From positions 51,562 through 115,561 of the forward strand of contig UQSH01000001.1 of NCBI GenBank assembly GCA_900543795.1: a stretch of 64,000 nucleotides of DNA, read 5' to 3'. This document shows, piece by piece, positions 19,616-28,297 of this stretch (positions are counted from its first letter, which is position 1; every line of letters begins with the position of its first letter). The translations under genes and the position numbers were made by a program. This stretch comes from an uncultured Oscillospiraceae bacterium (GTDB lineage: Bacteria; Bacillota; Clostridia; Oscillospirales; Acutalibacteraceae). The notes beneath the pieces were generated by a model, which saw only the letters and a list, made by a program, of their open reading frames with translations, was not told the DNA's origin and did no database searches.

Positions 19616-19957
19616 ATGGTTGTTAAACGTGGGGATATTTATTACGCTGATTTAAGCCCTGTTGTTGGCTCGGAGCAGGGCGGAGTTCGTCCTGTTCTTA
19701 TAGTTCAAAACGATGTTGGCAACAAATATTCGCCAACGGTTATCGCCGCAGCAATAACAAGCCAGCGTGATAAAACAAATCTACCCACTCATATAGAGGT
19801 TGACGCAGGCAATTGCGGGCTTGCAAAGGACAGTATAGTTCTGCTTGAGCAGGTGCGCACAATAGATAAAAGGCGCTTGCGTGAAAAAATGGGAACGCTT
19901 GACAATGGGGATATGGGAAAGGTTAATGAAGCACTTTCCGTTTCCTTTGGTCTTTAA
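19616..19957 (+). CDS. ndoA: MazF/PemK-family endoribonuclease toxin (NdoA/EndoA orthologue)
   Basis: MVVKRGDIYYADLSPVVGSEQGGVRPVLIVQNDVGNKYSPTVIAAAITS is near-identical in pattern to B. subtilis EndoA. RBS GGGTGA. No antitoxin ORF in the 240 bp upstream or downstream. Confidence 0.85.
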   Translation: MVVKRGDIYYADLSPVVGSEQGGVRPVLIVQNDVGNKYSPTVIAAAITSQRDKTNLPTHIEVDAGNCGLAKDSIVLLEQVRTIDKRRLREKMGTLDNGDMGKVNEALSVSFGL

Positions 19958-20059
19958 AATGGGATTATCCTGATTTTATATCAGGTAATCCTTTTTTTGT
20001 TGCAATGAATGTAATTTAATGTTAAAATATAAAAGATATATTTGGAAAGAGGTTTAAAT

Positions 20060-20575
20060 ATGGATAGAATTGCACAGTTTGAAAAGGTCAGCTTTTCGCA
20101 GTTTGAGCAGGATTTTAAAAAGAATTTCCCGGAATGTGAGGATGTTAGGGCAGTTTATGATTCAATAAAGCTTCCCGTCAGAGCAACCTCCGGCTCGGCA
20201 GGCTATGACTTTTTTGCACCCGTTGATTTAACTCTTGAAAAGGGAAAATCGCTTTTAATCCCAACCGGAATTCGCTCGAGGATTAATGACGGCTGGGTGC
20301 TTAAAATTTATCCCCGCTCAGGCCTCGGCTTTAAGCACAGAGTACAGCTTGACAACACGGTAGGCATTATAGACGCAGATTATTATAATTCCTCTAATGA
20401 GGGGCATATTATGATTAAGCTTTCGTGCGATGCTCACGACGACGGCCACTCCGTTTCAATTTCAGCGGGAGACGGCTTTGCTCAGGGAATTTTCCTTCAA
20501 TTCGGTATAACGGTTGACGATAATGCAGTTGGCGAAAGAGACGGAGGCTTTGGCTCAACAACCAAGAAAAAATAA
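20060..20575 (+). CDS. dut: dUTP diphosphatase (dUTPase/dCTP deaminase superfamily)
   Basis: SGSAGYDF (motif 3-like) and C-terminal RDGGFGSTT (motif 5). RBS GAAAGAGG. Confidence 0.7.
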   Translation: MDRIAQFEKVSFSQFEQDFKKNFPECEDVRAVYDSIKLPVRATSGSAGYDFFAPVDLTLEKGKSLLIPTGIRSRINDGWVLKIYPRSGLGFKHRVQLDNTVGIIDADYYNSSNEGHIMIKLSCDAHDDGHSVSISAGDGFAQGIFLQFGITVDDNAVGERDGGFGSTTKKK

Positions 20576-20676
20576 ATAAACATTTATATAGGCAACGAAG
20601 AGGAATCCAAACCTGCCTAAAATGCGTTAATTTTTCAGCGTTTTTCATTTCTTTTATACATTATTTGCTAAAATAC

Positions 20677-20705
20677 TTGACTTTTTAAAATTATTTGTAT
20701 ATAAT
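20677..20705 (+). promoter_or_regulatory. sigmaA-type promoter for rpsU
   Basis: TTGACT - 17 nt - TATAAT, about 60 nt upstream of the rpsU GTG. Confidence 0.5.
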
Positions 20706-20764
20706 CTTGCTCGGATATTAAAGATATCAAATAACCCCTGACAGAGTCGGAGGGAGGGAATTAA

Positions 20765-20941
20765 GTGAGCCAGGTTAGAATTAAAGAGAATGAGTCTCTT
20801 GACAGCGCTATCCGCCGTTTCAAGCGTCAAACATCGCGCGACGGTATTATTCAGGAGGTGCGCAAAAGAGAGCATTATGAGAAGCCGTCGGTTGCTCGTA
20901 AAAAGAAGAGCGAGGCTGCTCGTAAAAGAAAGTATAAGTAA
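20765..20941 (+). CDS. rpsU: 30S ribosomal protein S21
   Basis: GTG start after GGAGGGAGG. 58 aa [58 protein letters not shown]. Below the 60-aa ORF-track cutoff. Confidence 0.85.
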   Translation: MSQVRIKENESLDSAIRRFKRQTSRDGIIQEVRKREHYEKPSVARKKKSEAARKRKYK

Positions 20942-20951
20942 TATATACATA

Positions 20952-20984
20952 AAGGGAAACGCAACCGTTTCCCTTAATTTTTTT
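20952..20984 (+). terminator. rho-independent terminator after rpsU
   Basis: AAGGGAAACG-caac-CGTTTCCCTT followed by a T-run. Confidence 0.6.
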
Positions 20985-21005
20985 GATAGAAACGGTTGAT
21001 GCTTT

Positions 21006-21443
21006 ATGAAAAAAATACTTGTTTTAAACGGTCCTAATCTTAATATGACGGGAATCAGAAAAAAGAATGTTTACGGTGCCGAAACGCTTAAAGATATTAA
21101 CGAAGAGCTTAAAGCATACGGAAAGGCAAACGGAGCAAGGGTGTCCTTCTTTCAGTCTAATCACGAGGGAGACATTATTGATGTTATCCACGAAAGCAAG
21201 GATGAGTTTGACGGCGTTGTTATCAATGCGGGAGCATATACTCATTATTCCTATGCGATAAGAGACGCTATTGAAGCCGTTTCGGATTTTACTCCTTTTG
21301 TTGAGGTGCATATGAGCGATATTCACAAAAGAGAGGATTTCAGAAAAATTTCCGTTATAACCGATGTTTGCGTAAAGCAGATATGCGGCTACGGTAAAGA
21401 CAGCTATAAAATGGGTATTGATTTATTAATGGAAATATTATAA
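21006..21443 (+). CDS. aroQ: 3-dehydroquinate dehydratase type II
   Basis: LVLNGPNLNMTG...VINAGAYTHYS...H.SDIH are AroQ signatures. Confidence 0.85.
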   Translation: MKKILVLNGPNLNMTGIRKKNVYGAETLKDINEELKAYGKANGARVSFFQSNHEGDIIDVIHESKDEFDGVVINAGAYTHYSYAIRDAIEAVSDFTPFVEVHMSDIHKREDFRKISVITDVCVKQICGYGKDSYKMGIDLLMEIL

Positions 21444-21488
21444 AATAGAAATAAGTTAATATAATAACACTACGGAGGTATAAAAATT

Positions 21489-22046
21489 ATGGTATCAGCA
21501 GGTGATTTCAGAAACGGCGTAACCTTTGAGGAGGACGGTAACGTTTTGCAGGTTATTGAATTCCAGCATGTTAAGCCGGGTAAGGGTGCGGCATTCGTTA
21601 GAACAAAAACTAAGAATGTTATCACCGGTGCGGTTACGGAAAAAAGCTACAACCCGTCGGCAAAATTCCCAACTGCATATATTGAAAGAAAAGAAATGGT
21701 TTATTCCTATAATGACGATGGACTTTATTACTTTATGGATCAGGAAACATTTGATATGATTCCCGTTGCAGAGGCTGAATTAAGCGATAACTTTAAGTTC
21801 GTTAAGGAAAATGATGTTTGCCGTATTCTTTCATATAAGGGCAAGGTTTTCGGCGTTGAGCCGCCAACCTTCGTAACTCTTGAGGTTACCAAAACAGATC
21901 CGGGCTTCAAGGGCAACACTGCAACAAACACCCTTAAACCCGCAACTCTTGAAACAGGCGCAGAAATCCGTGTTCCGCTTTTCATTAATGAGGGCGATTC
22001 CATCAGAGTGGACACAAGAACCTGCGAGTATATGGAAAGAGCATAA
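21489..22046 (+). CDS. efp: elongation factor P
   Basis: 185 aa. [16 protein letters not shown] loop region and OB-fold repeats. GGAGG RBS. Confidence 0.9.
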   Translation: MVSAGDFRNGVTFEEDGNVLQVIEFQHVKPGKGAAFVRTKTKNVITGAVTEKSYNPSAKFPTAYIERKEMVYSYNDDGLYYFMDQETFDMIPVAEAELSDNFKFVKENDVCRILSYKGKVFGVEPPTFVTLEVTKTDPGFKGNTATNTLKPATLETGAEIRVPLFINEGDSIRVDTRTCEYMERA

Positions 22047-22075
22047 CCTAAATATTTTAACGGAGGGTAATCATT

Positions 22076-22471
22076 ATGAACACAGTTGAAAGCCTCGGCT
22101 ATCTTAAAGGGCTTCTTGAAGGCCTTGATTTTGACGGCGGAAAAAAAGAAACAAAAATGTTTAAGGCAATTGTTGATGTTCTTGATAATATTATTGAGGA
22201 TTTAGACACTGTAAACGAGGATATTGATATTCTTGCAGAGCAGGTTGACGATATTGACGATGACCTTGCGGCTGTTGAGGATTATCTTGCAGAGGACGAT
22301 TGCGATTGCTGCGGATGCGAAGAGGATGATGAATATTCAATTGTTTGCCCAAGCTGCGGCGAGGAAATCGTTGTTGATGAGCAAACAGTTATGGAGGGTG
22401 GCATTGAATGTCCTAATTGCGGCGAATATCTTGAATTTGAAATCGAGGATGAAGAAGAGGACGAGGAATAA
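22076..22471 (+). CDS. acidic zinc-ribbon protein (CD1247-N-like, conserved downstream of efp in Clostridia)
   Basis: 131 aa, extremely acidic, with CDCCGC...CPSCG...CPNCG. GGAGGG RBS. Confidence 0.45.
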   Translation: MNTVESLGYLKGLLEGLDFDGGKKETKMFKAIVDVLDNIIEDLDTVNEDIDILAEQVDDIDDDLAAVEDYLAEDDCDCCGCEEDDEYSIVCPSCGEEIVVDEQTVMEGGIECPNCGEYLEFEIEDEEEDEE

Positions 22472-22494
22472 GATAAACCGCTATAAAGAACTTA

Positions 22495-22524
22495 AAAGGC
22501 GCTCCGGCAACGGAGCGCTTTTCC
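22495..22524 (+). terminator. rho-independent terminator
   Basis: GGCGCTCCG-gcaa-CGGAGCGC followed by TTTTCC. Confidence 0.6.
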
Positions 22525-22561
22525 TTATTTAGAGGATAGGGGCGTGAACAAATGAGGCATA

Positions 22562-22774
22562 ATAGATTAAAGGGTGCTTTAACCGCATTGCTTTTGTGTG
22601 CGGTTGTTGCTTTTGCGTGATTTATATGCAGATGCGTTAAATGAAATGTTCCTTCATTTTAATGAAAGCAAGATCTCTGAAAATTTCAACGAAAGCCTTG
22701 ATTTGAACGCAGACGGATATATTAATATTCGAGATTACACATTGTTATATTATACAGGCAAGGCAATAAAATAG
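22562..22774 (+). pseudogene. gene remnant: signal peptide (frame A) fused out of frame to a dockerin-like repeat (DLNADGYINIRDYTLL)
   Basis: ATG at 22562 gives a 22-aa signal-peptide-like ORF ending at TGA 22628. The +1 frame encodes ...LYADALNEMFLHFNESKISENFNESLDLNADGYINIRDYTLLYYTGKAIK*, with a D1-N3-D5-N9-D12 Ca-binding dockerin loop. No intact ORF exists. Confidence 0.3.
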
Positions 22775-22822
22775 AAAAAGCACCAGGGAGCCGTGAATTG
22801 CTCCTTGGTGTTTTTTTGCGCC

Positions 22823-23122
22823 TTATTCAAGTGCGTCCCTTGCTGCATCGCCAACATCGGAAACGGCGTTTCCTGCTCCGCCAACTGCGTCGCCGACTGC
22901 TTCGCCGACATCGGAAGCCGCTTCGCTTGCGTTATTTGCGGCGTTGTCAGCCCCATTTTGTGCCGTGTTATCATATCTGTTTGTTGTAACGGTTGTTGCG
23001 TTCGTTGGAGCGGTTGTTGTTGATGTTGTTGTTGAATCATACTGCTTGTTATTGGCACAGCCTGTAAATGCCGAAACGGCAACCACGGCTGCAACGATTA
23101 ATATTAATGCTTTCTTTTTCAT
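22823..23122 (-). CDS. small lipoprotein, low-complexity (Thr/Ala/Asn-rich)
   Basis: Signal peptide with lipobox AFTGC. Bidirectional terminator hairpin at 22782-22816. Confidence 0.45.
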   Translation of the reverse strand: MKKKALILIVAAVVAVSAFTGCANNKQYDSTTTSTTTAPTNATTVTTNRYDNTAQNGADNAANNASEAASDVGEAVGDAVGGAGNAVSDVGDAARDALE

Positions 23123-23177
23123 AATATCGCCTTTCCTTTTGTTTTTTATAGTATTTGCAAAATAACGGGTTTTATTA

Positions 23178-24494
23178 TTATTTTGTTAAAATTCCGTTAT
23201 CGGAGTAAAGAAGCAGCAGAATATCTTCATCCACGCCCGTTTGTGCGTTTTTATAAATCAGAACCTCCTGCGAGCTGCTCTTGCTTTTGCAGTGATATTC
23301 AATGCAGTAAACCTCTGTGCCGTTATCCTTTGGAATAAGGCATTTTTTAGTTGAAATTATTTCAACATTCGGATTTAACTGCACGCTTCCTCCGTCCTGT
23401 GAAAAATCAGCACTCTGCCTGCTCTTGCGGTTCATAATATATCCTGTTGCCTCAACGGAATATATTTCTCCGTTTGAAAGCGAAACGCCAACCTTGATTA
23501 AATCGGGATAATAAATAACGCCGTTTTCACTGTAAGCAAAATTAATTACGCAAACATTGCTTTGAACTGAATAATAGCTTTCCTCCATATTTTTATATCC
23601 TATTTTGTTTAAAAATTCCCGAGCAATATTAACGGCGTTTTCCTCGGTAACAGACGATTGAGAAGCGTTTGAATCGTTCATAATATATGAAATATATCCG
23701 CCGTTTTTAGTTACGGCAACGGTGTAGAGCTTATAAGAGAAAACATAAGCCGGAATTTTTCCGTTTTCCTCTGTTTTATAAACAACTCCCTGCTCGCTGA
23801 CTCCGAGAATATCTGCAACAATTTTTCTGCATTCCTCTTTTGATTTTTCGCTTGAATTTTTCAAAAGCTCCGATTCCCTGTTTATAACCGCATCTGCGTA
23901 TGGGCCGTCATAAAGCAGGGTGGGGTAGTCGGAAAAGGTTTCCTCGGCAGATTTAAAATCAACAGAAATAGAGGAGTATTTCATCGCTCCGCCGTCTGCC
24001 GAAACAACCTCGTTTTCAGTTATCATTCCGCCTGCATTGCATCTGCTAACCATATCCTCGGTAAAATCGGAATATTTTTTTGCGTAGCCCAAAAGCTGAG
24101 ATATTCCCTCATAGTCTTCGGCTGTAAGCTCCTCCTTTTGAGATATACTGCGTGCATAATCTCCTGCCTGGCTTAAAAACTTATATATTCCGCTCAAATT
24201 CATTTGCTCAATCGGAAGTGAGGAAAGCGCACCCTTTGCCGTTGTGCATTCCGAATATATATCGCTCGAAACGGAGGAAAGCATATTTCCGGAGCTTGCA
24301 TACTGCACCTTTGTTAAATTTGTTTCAATTGAATCAAGACATTCGGAAAGCTCTGTTAAATTCCTTTGATAAGAGGCTTCAAGCTTTGTCTTATAGCTTC
24401 TGCTTTGCACACCGCCGATAATTGCAAATGCGGCCAAAGCTGCAACAAGGCAGATTGAAAAGGAGCAGAGACGCACAATGTTTCTTTTTTTCAT
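23178..24494 (-). CDS. ypeB: germination protein YpeB-like (N-terminal membrane anchor + PepSY-type domains)
   Basis: 438 aa with N-terminal TM. The region ...SSLPIEQMNLSGIYKFLSQAGDYARS resembles the YpeB Lx(L/M)PxxxN...L...GDFsyR segment. C-terminal PepSY-like repeats. Carries the same upstream motif as cotJB and cotJC'. Confidence 0.6.
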   Translation of the reverse strand: MKKRNIVRLCSFSICLVAALAAFAIIGGVQSRSYKTKLEASYQRNLTELSECLDSIETNLTKVQYASSGNMLSSVSSDIYSECTTAKGALSSLPIEQMNLSGIYKFLSQAGDYARSISQKEELTAEDYEGISQLLGYAKKYSDFTEDMVSRCNAGGMITENEVVSADGGAMKYSSISVDFKSAEETFSDYPTLLYDGPYADAVINRESELLKNSSEKSKEECRKIVADILGVSEQGVVYKTEENGKIPAYVFSYKLYTVAVTKNGGYISYIMNDSNASQSSVTEENAVNIAREFLNKIGYKNMEESYYSVQSNVCVINFAYSENGVIYYPDLIKVGVSLSNGEIYSVEATGYIMNRKSRQSADFSQDGGSVQLNPNVEIISTKKCLIPKDNGTEVYCIEYHCKSKSSSQEVLIYKNAQTGVDEDILLLLYSDNGILTK

Positions 24495-24736
24495 AAATAT
24501 TCACATAGCCTTTCCAACCGCAGATAATCTATGCCGAAAGCTCCCCGTGCGGTTTGTCGGGGCGGCATTGTTGTTTCGGCGTGCGTGCCGATGCTTGAAA
24601 AAATATGCTTCAAACTGATTTTGCCCTGTTTTTACGAAAACATACAAAAAAAGTCTTTTATTAAATGTATTTATTTGTTATAATAAACTGAATTTATATT
24701 CATAATTTTAATGTGTGAAAATGCGGAGCTAAAACA

Positions 24737-25528
24737 ATGACACTTGAAAACGGTAAAAAAAGAATAGTAGTTAAGGTTGGAACATCAACCTTAACGCATA
24801 AAACGGGAAAAACCAATATAGCCGTTATTGCAAAGCTTGCCTCCGTGCTTTCCGATTTGAAAAATGAGGGACATCAAATTATCCTTGTTTCATCGGGTGC
24901 AATCGGAATAGGTATGAGCAGATTGCGAATTAACGAAAGGCCGAGGGAAACAAAATGCCTTCAAGCTGCGGCGGCTGTCGGCCAATGTGAGCTTATGTTT
25001 TTATATGATAAGCTCTTTTCGGAATATGATGTTGTTGTGAGTCAGCTGCTTTTCACATCAGACGCACTCAAAAAGCCCGAAAGCAAAATGCATCTTATTG
25101 ACACCTTTAATCAGCTTCTTGATTATGATTGCCTGCCGATTGTTAACGAAAACGATTCTGTTTCGGTTGAAGAGCTTTTAAACGGAGATAACGATTGCCT
25201 TTCCGCAACCGTTGCCGCTCTTACCGATTCGGATTTGCTCATTCTTTTAACAGACACAGACGGACTTTATGACAGCAACCCCTCCGAAAATAAGGACGCC
25301 AAGCTTATTTCAAGGGTTGAGAGGATAGATGATAATATAAAAGCAATTGCAGGCGGTGCAGGTAAAAAGGGCACAGGCGGCTTCATAACAAAAATAAAAG
25401 CGGCTGAAATTGCCGTTAATGCAGGCATACCTGTTGTTATAACAAACGGTTCAAGACCAACCGATATATATCATATTTTAAGAAATCAGCAAACAGGAAC
25501 ATATTTTGAGGCGGTAAAAAATGATTAG
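24737..25528 (+). CDS. proB: glutamate 5-kinase (no PUA domain)
   Basis: VVKVGTSTLT, SSGAIGIG and GGF motifs. Followed by proA with a 4-nt overlap. Confidence 0.85.
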   Translation: MTLENGKKRIVVKVGTSTLTHKTGKTNIAVIAKLASVLSDLKNEGHQIILVSSGAIGIGMSRLRINERPRETKCLQAAAAVGQCELMFLYDKLFSEYDVVVSQLLFTSDALKKPESKMHLIDTFNQLLDYDCLPIVNENDSVSVEELLNGDNDCLSATVAALTDSDLLILLTDTDGLYDSNPSENKDAKLISRVERIDDNIKAIAGGAGKKGTGGFITKIKAAEIAVNAGIPVVITNGSRPTDIYHILRNQQTGTYFEAVKND

Positions 25529-26756
25529 ATTAGGCAATAATGCTTTAAAGGCAAAGGATTTTCTTTCAACCGTAACAACACGGCAGAAGAATATTGCACT
25601 TGCAGAGATTGCAAGGGGATTGAGAGAAAACTGCGAAACAATTATTCAGGAAAATAAAATTGATATTGAAAATGCAAAAAAAGACGGCTTGCCCGACGCA
25701 CTTGTTGACAGGCTTATGCTCAACGAGAGCAGAATAAATGCGATTGCAGATTCAGTTGAGCAGGTTGCCGAGCTTCCCGATCCGTGCGGAGAAATTTTGA
25801 GCGAATATATAAAGGATAACGGACTTAAAATAACAAAGGTTTCCGTTCCGATAGGCGTTATCGGAATTATATATGAGGCACGCCCGAATGTTACGGCAGA
25901 CGCCGCCGTGCTTTGCCTTAAAAGCTCAAATGCGGTTATTTTGAGAGGCGGAAAGGAAGCCATTAATTCAAATATGGCTATCGCCGGGGTTATGAGAGCG
26001 GCGTTGAAAAGCTGCGGCTTTGACGAAAACTGTATTCAGCTTGTAACAGACACTTCAAGAGAGTCTGCAAACGAAATGATGAGGATGAAGGGTTATCTTG
26101 ATTGCCTTATTCCTCGCGGCGGAAAGGGGCTCATAAGAAGCGTTGTTGAAAATTCAACCGTTCCCGTAATTGAAACCGGCTCCGGCAACTGCCACATTTT
26201 TGTTGACGAAAGCGCCGATATTGATATGGCGGCAAGAATTATTTTTAATGCAAAAACGCAGCGTGTCGGAGTTTGCAATGCGTGCGAAAGCCTTGTTATC
26301 CATTCGGGTATAATAGATAAGGCGCTCCCCGCAATCAAGGCGCTTCTTGACGCTGAAAATGTTGAAATCAGGGGCGATGAGCGTGCAATGCTTGCCGCAC
26401 AGGGTATTCTGCCTGCAAGTGAAGAGGATTTTGCAGAGGAATATCTTGATTATATTATCAGCGTTAAATCCGTGGATAATCTTGATGAAGCCATAAATCA
26501 TATAAACCGTTATTCAACGAAGCACAGCGAAGCAATCATAACCGAAAATGAAGAAAATGCACGGCAGTTTCTTGCACGGATTGATTCTGCTGCGGTTTAT
26601 GTTAATGCATCAACAAGGTTTACCGACGGCGGCGAGTTCGGCCTCGGCGCAGAAATAGGAATTTCAACTCAAAAGCTTCACGCAAGAGGACCTATGGGCT
26701 TGCGCGAGCTGACAACAACAAAGTATTTGATTTACGGAAACGGTCAGGTTAGATAG
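25521..26756 (+). CDS. proA: gamma-glutamyl phosphate reductase
   Basis: 411 aa aldehyde-dehydrogenase fold (GVIGIIYEARPNVT, catalytic Cys region VGVCNACE). Confidence 0.9.
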   Translation: MIRLGNNALKAKDFLSTVTTRQKNIALAEIARGLRENCETIIQENKIDIENAKKDGLPDALVDRLMLNESRINAIADSVEQVAELPDPCGEILSEYIKDNGLKITKVSVPIGVIGIIYEARPNVTADAAVLCLKSSNAVILRGGKEAINSNMAIAGVMRAALKSCGFDENCIQLVTDTSRESANEMMRMKGYLDCLIPRGGKGLIRSVVENSTVPVIETGSGNCHIFVDESADIDMAARIIFNAKTQRVGVCNACESLVIHSGIIDKALPAIKALLDAENVEIRGDERAMLAAQGILPASEEDFAEEYLDYIISVKSVDNLDEAINHINRYSTKHSEAIITENEENARQFLARIDSAAVYVNASTRFTDGGEFGLGAEIGISTQKLHARGPMGLRELTTTKYLIYGNGQVR

Positions 26757-26766
26757 GATTTTTTAA

Positions 26767-28203
26767 ATGGATAAGTATAAAAAGCTTGCCTCAAACACAA
26801 TAATTTTCGCAATAGGCACCTTTTCCTCAAAGCTGCTAACGCTTGTTTTAACATTTTTCTATACTCGCGTTATGGCAACGGGAGATTTCGGCGGCGCAAC
26901 GCTGATTCAAAATGCGGTTAACATTCTTGTTCCGATTGTAACTCTTGCCGTAAACTCTGCGGCTTTACGCTTTGCGCTTGATAAAAACAGTAATAAAAAG
27001 CAGGTGTTCACAACCGGCGTTGCAACAACGCTTATCGGCTTTCTTGCCTTCTGCCTTTTTGCTCCCGTAGTTGTTAATATTAATATAAACGATTTTAATA
27101 TGGGCCAATATGCCATATTGCTTTATTTAATGCTTCTCGGCTCTTCCCTGCGCCATCTTTGCCAGCAGTTTGTTAGGGGCTCGGGCTTTGTTAAGCTTTA
27201 TGCGATAGACGGCGTTATAGCAACTGCAACCTCGGCAGGCTTTACATTCCTTTATCTCGGTGCATTCCATTGGGGAATATACGGATATATTCTTGCAATT
27301 TTTACAAGTGATATGCTATCCGTTGTGTTTATGTTTGTATGCGCAAGGCTTTGGAGATACCTTGATTTAAGGCACGGGCTGAAAAGGAACACGGTTGTTC
27401 CTATGCTCAAATACTGTATTCCGCTCATACCAACCATTGTGCTTTGGTGGATTATTAATGTTTCCGATCAATATATGGTAACCTATTTTAACGGTGTTTC
27501 GCTCAGCGGAATATACACCTCGGCATATAAAATTCCGAATTTAGTTATAATTTTCTCTTCTATATTCATAGATGCTTGGCAGCTGTCGGCAGTTGATGAA
27601 TACGATAATAAAGGCAAATCGGAATTTTTCACACGAGTTTTCAGGGTTTACAGCGGCGCGCTTATTTCAGTCGGCGCATTGCTTATTGCAGGTTCAAGGA
27701 TAATAACGGATTTATATCTCGGCAAGGATTATTACGATTCGTGGCATTATGTTCCAATACTCGTTATTGCAACAACCTTTTCCTGCCTTGTTAATTTCTA
27801 TGCCTCCGTTTATATGGCAGAGAAAAAAAGTATGCTTTCAATGATAACTGCGGCAAGCGGAGCCGTTGTTAATATAGTTTTAAATCTTGTTTTAATACCA
27901 AAGTATGCCGCATACGGTGCGGCAATAGCAACTGCCGTTTCGTTTGTAACGGTATTCGTTTTAAGAATTGTAAACACGAAAAAATATGTTAATATCAAAA
28001 TTGATGCTAAAAGCTTTCTGCCGTCTGTTTTGCTTATGCTTGCAGGCTGCGTTGTTATGCTTTCGGAAATTGGCGGTCAGTGGGTAAGCTTCGGTGTAAC
28101 GCTTGCATTTTCCGCACTCGTAGTTATCATCAATTTCAAATCGGTTAAGGATATAATCACCCTTTTGCTCGGAAAATTCATTAAAAAAAGGGGCAACGAA
28201 TAA
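26767..28203 (+). CDS. MOP-superfamily oligosaccharide/polysaccharide flippase (Wzx/SpoVB-like)
   Basis: 478 aa with 12-14 predicted TM helices. N-terminal LASNTIIFAIGTFSSKLL is typical of polysaccharide biosynthesis protein family members. Confidence 0.6.
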   Translation: MDKYKKLASNTIIFAIGTFSSKLLTLVLTFFYTRVMATGDFGGATLIQNAVNILVPIVTLAVNSAALRFALDKNSNKKQVFTTGVATTLIGFLAFCLFAPVVVNININDFNMGQYAILLYLMLLGSSLRHLCQQFVRGSGFVKLYAIDGVIATATSAGFTFLYLGAFHWGIYGYILAIFTSDMLSVVFMFVCARLWRYLDLRHGLKRNTVVPMLKYCIPLIPTIVLWWIINVSDQYMVTYFNGVSLSGIYTSAYKIPNLVIIFSSIFIDAWQLSAVDEYDNKGKSEFFTRVFRVYSGALISVGALLIAGSRIITDLYLGKDYYDSWHYVPILVIATTFSCLVNFYASVYMAEKKSMLSMITAASGAVVNIVLNLVLIPKYAAYGAAIATAVSFVTVFVLRIVNTKKYVNIKIDAKSFLPSVLLMLAGCVVMLSEIGGQWVSFGVTLAFSALVVIINFKSVKDIITLLLGKFIKKRGNE

Positions 28204-28297
28204 TATTACTATTGAATATTGGTATTTTTTAGTGTATAATTAACAAACAGGTAATAAAATTTACTTTATTTTCAAATAATTTTTGGAGGAATTGTAT

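Noticed and set aside
16917-24524. Interpreting the recurrent upstream motif as a sigmaK/sigmaE -10/-35 promoter
   Set aside because: The motif ends only ~5-10 nt before the start codons. No CATA---TA or CATACA-T element is present in the coding orientation. A promoter that close would demand leaderless transcripts, so it was kept as an unexplained cis-motif.
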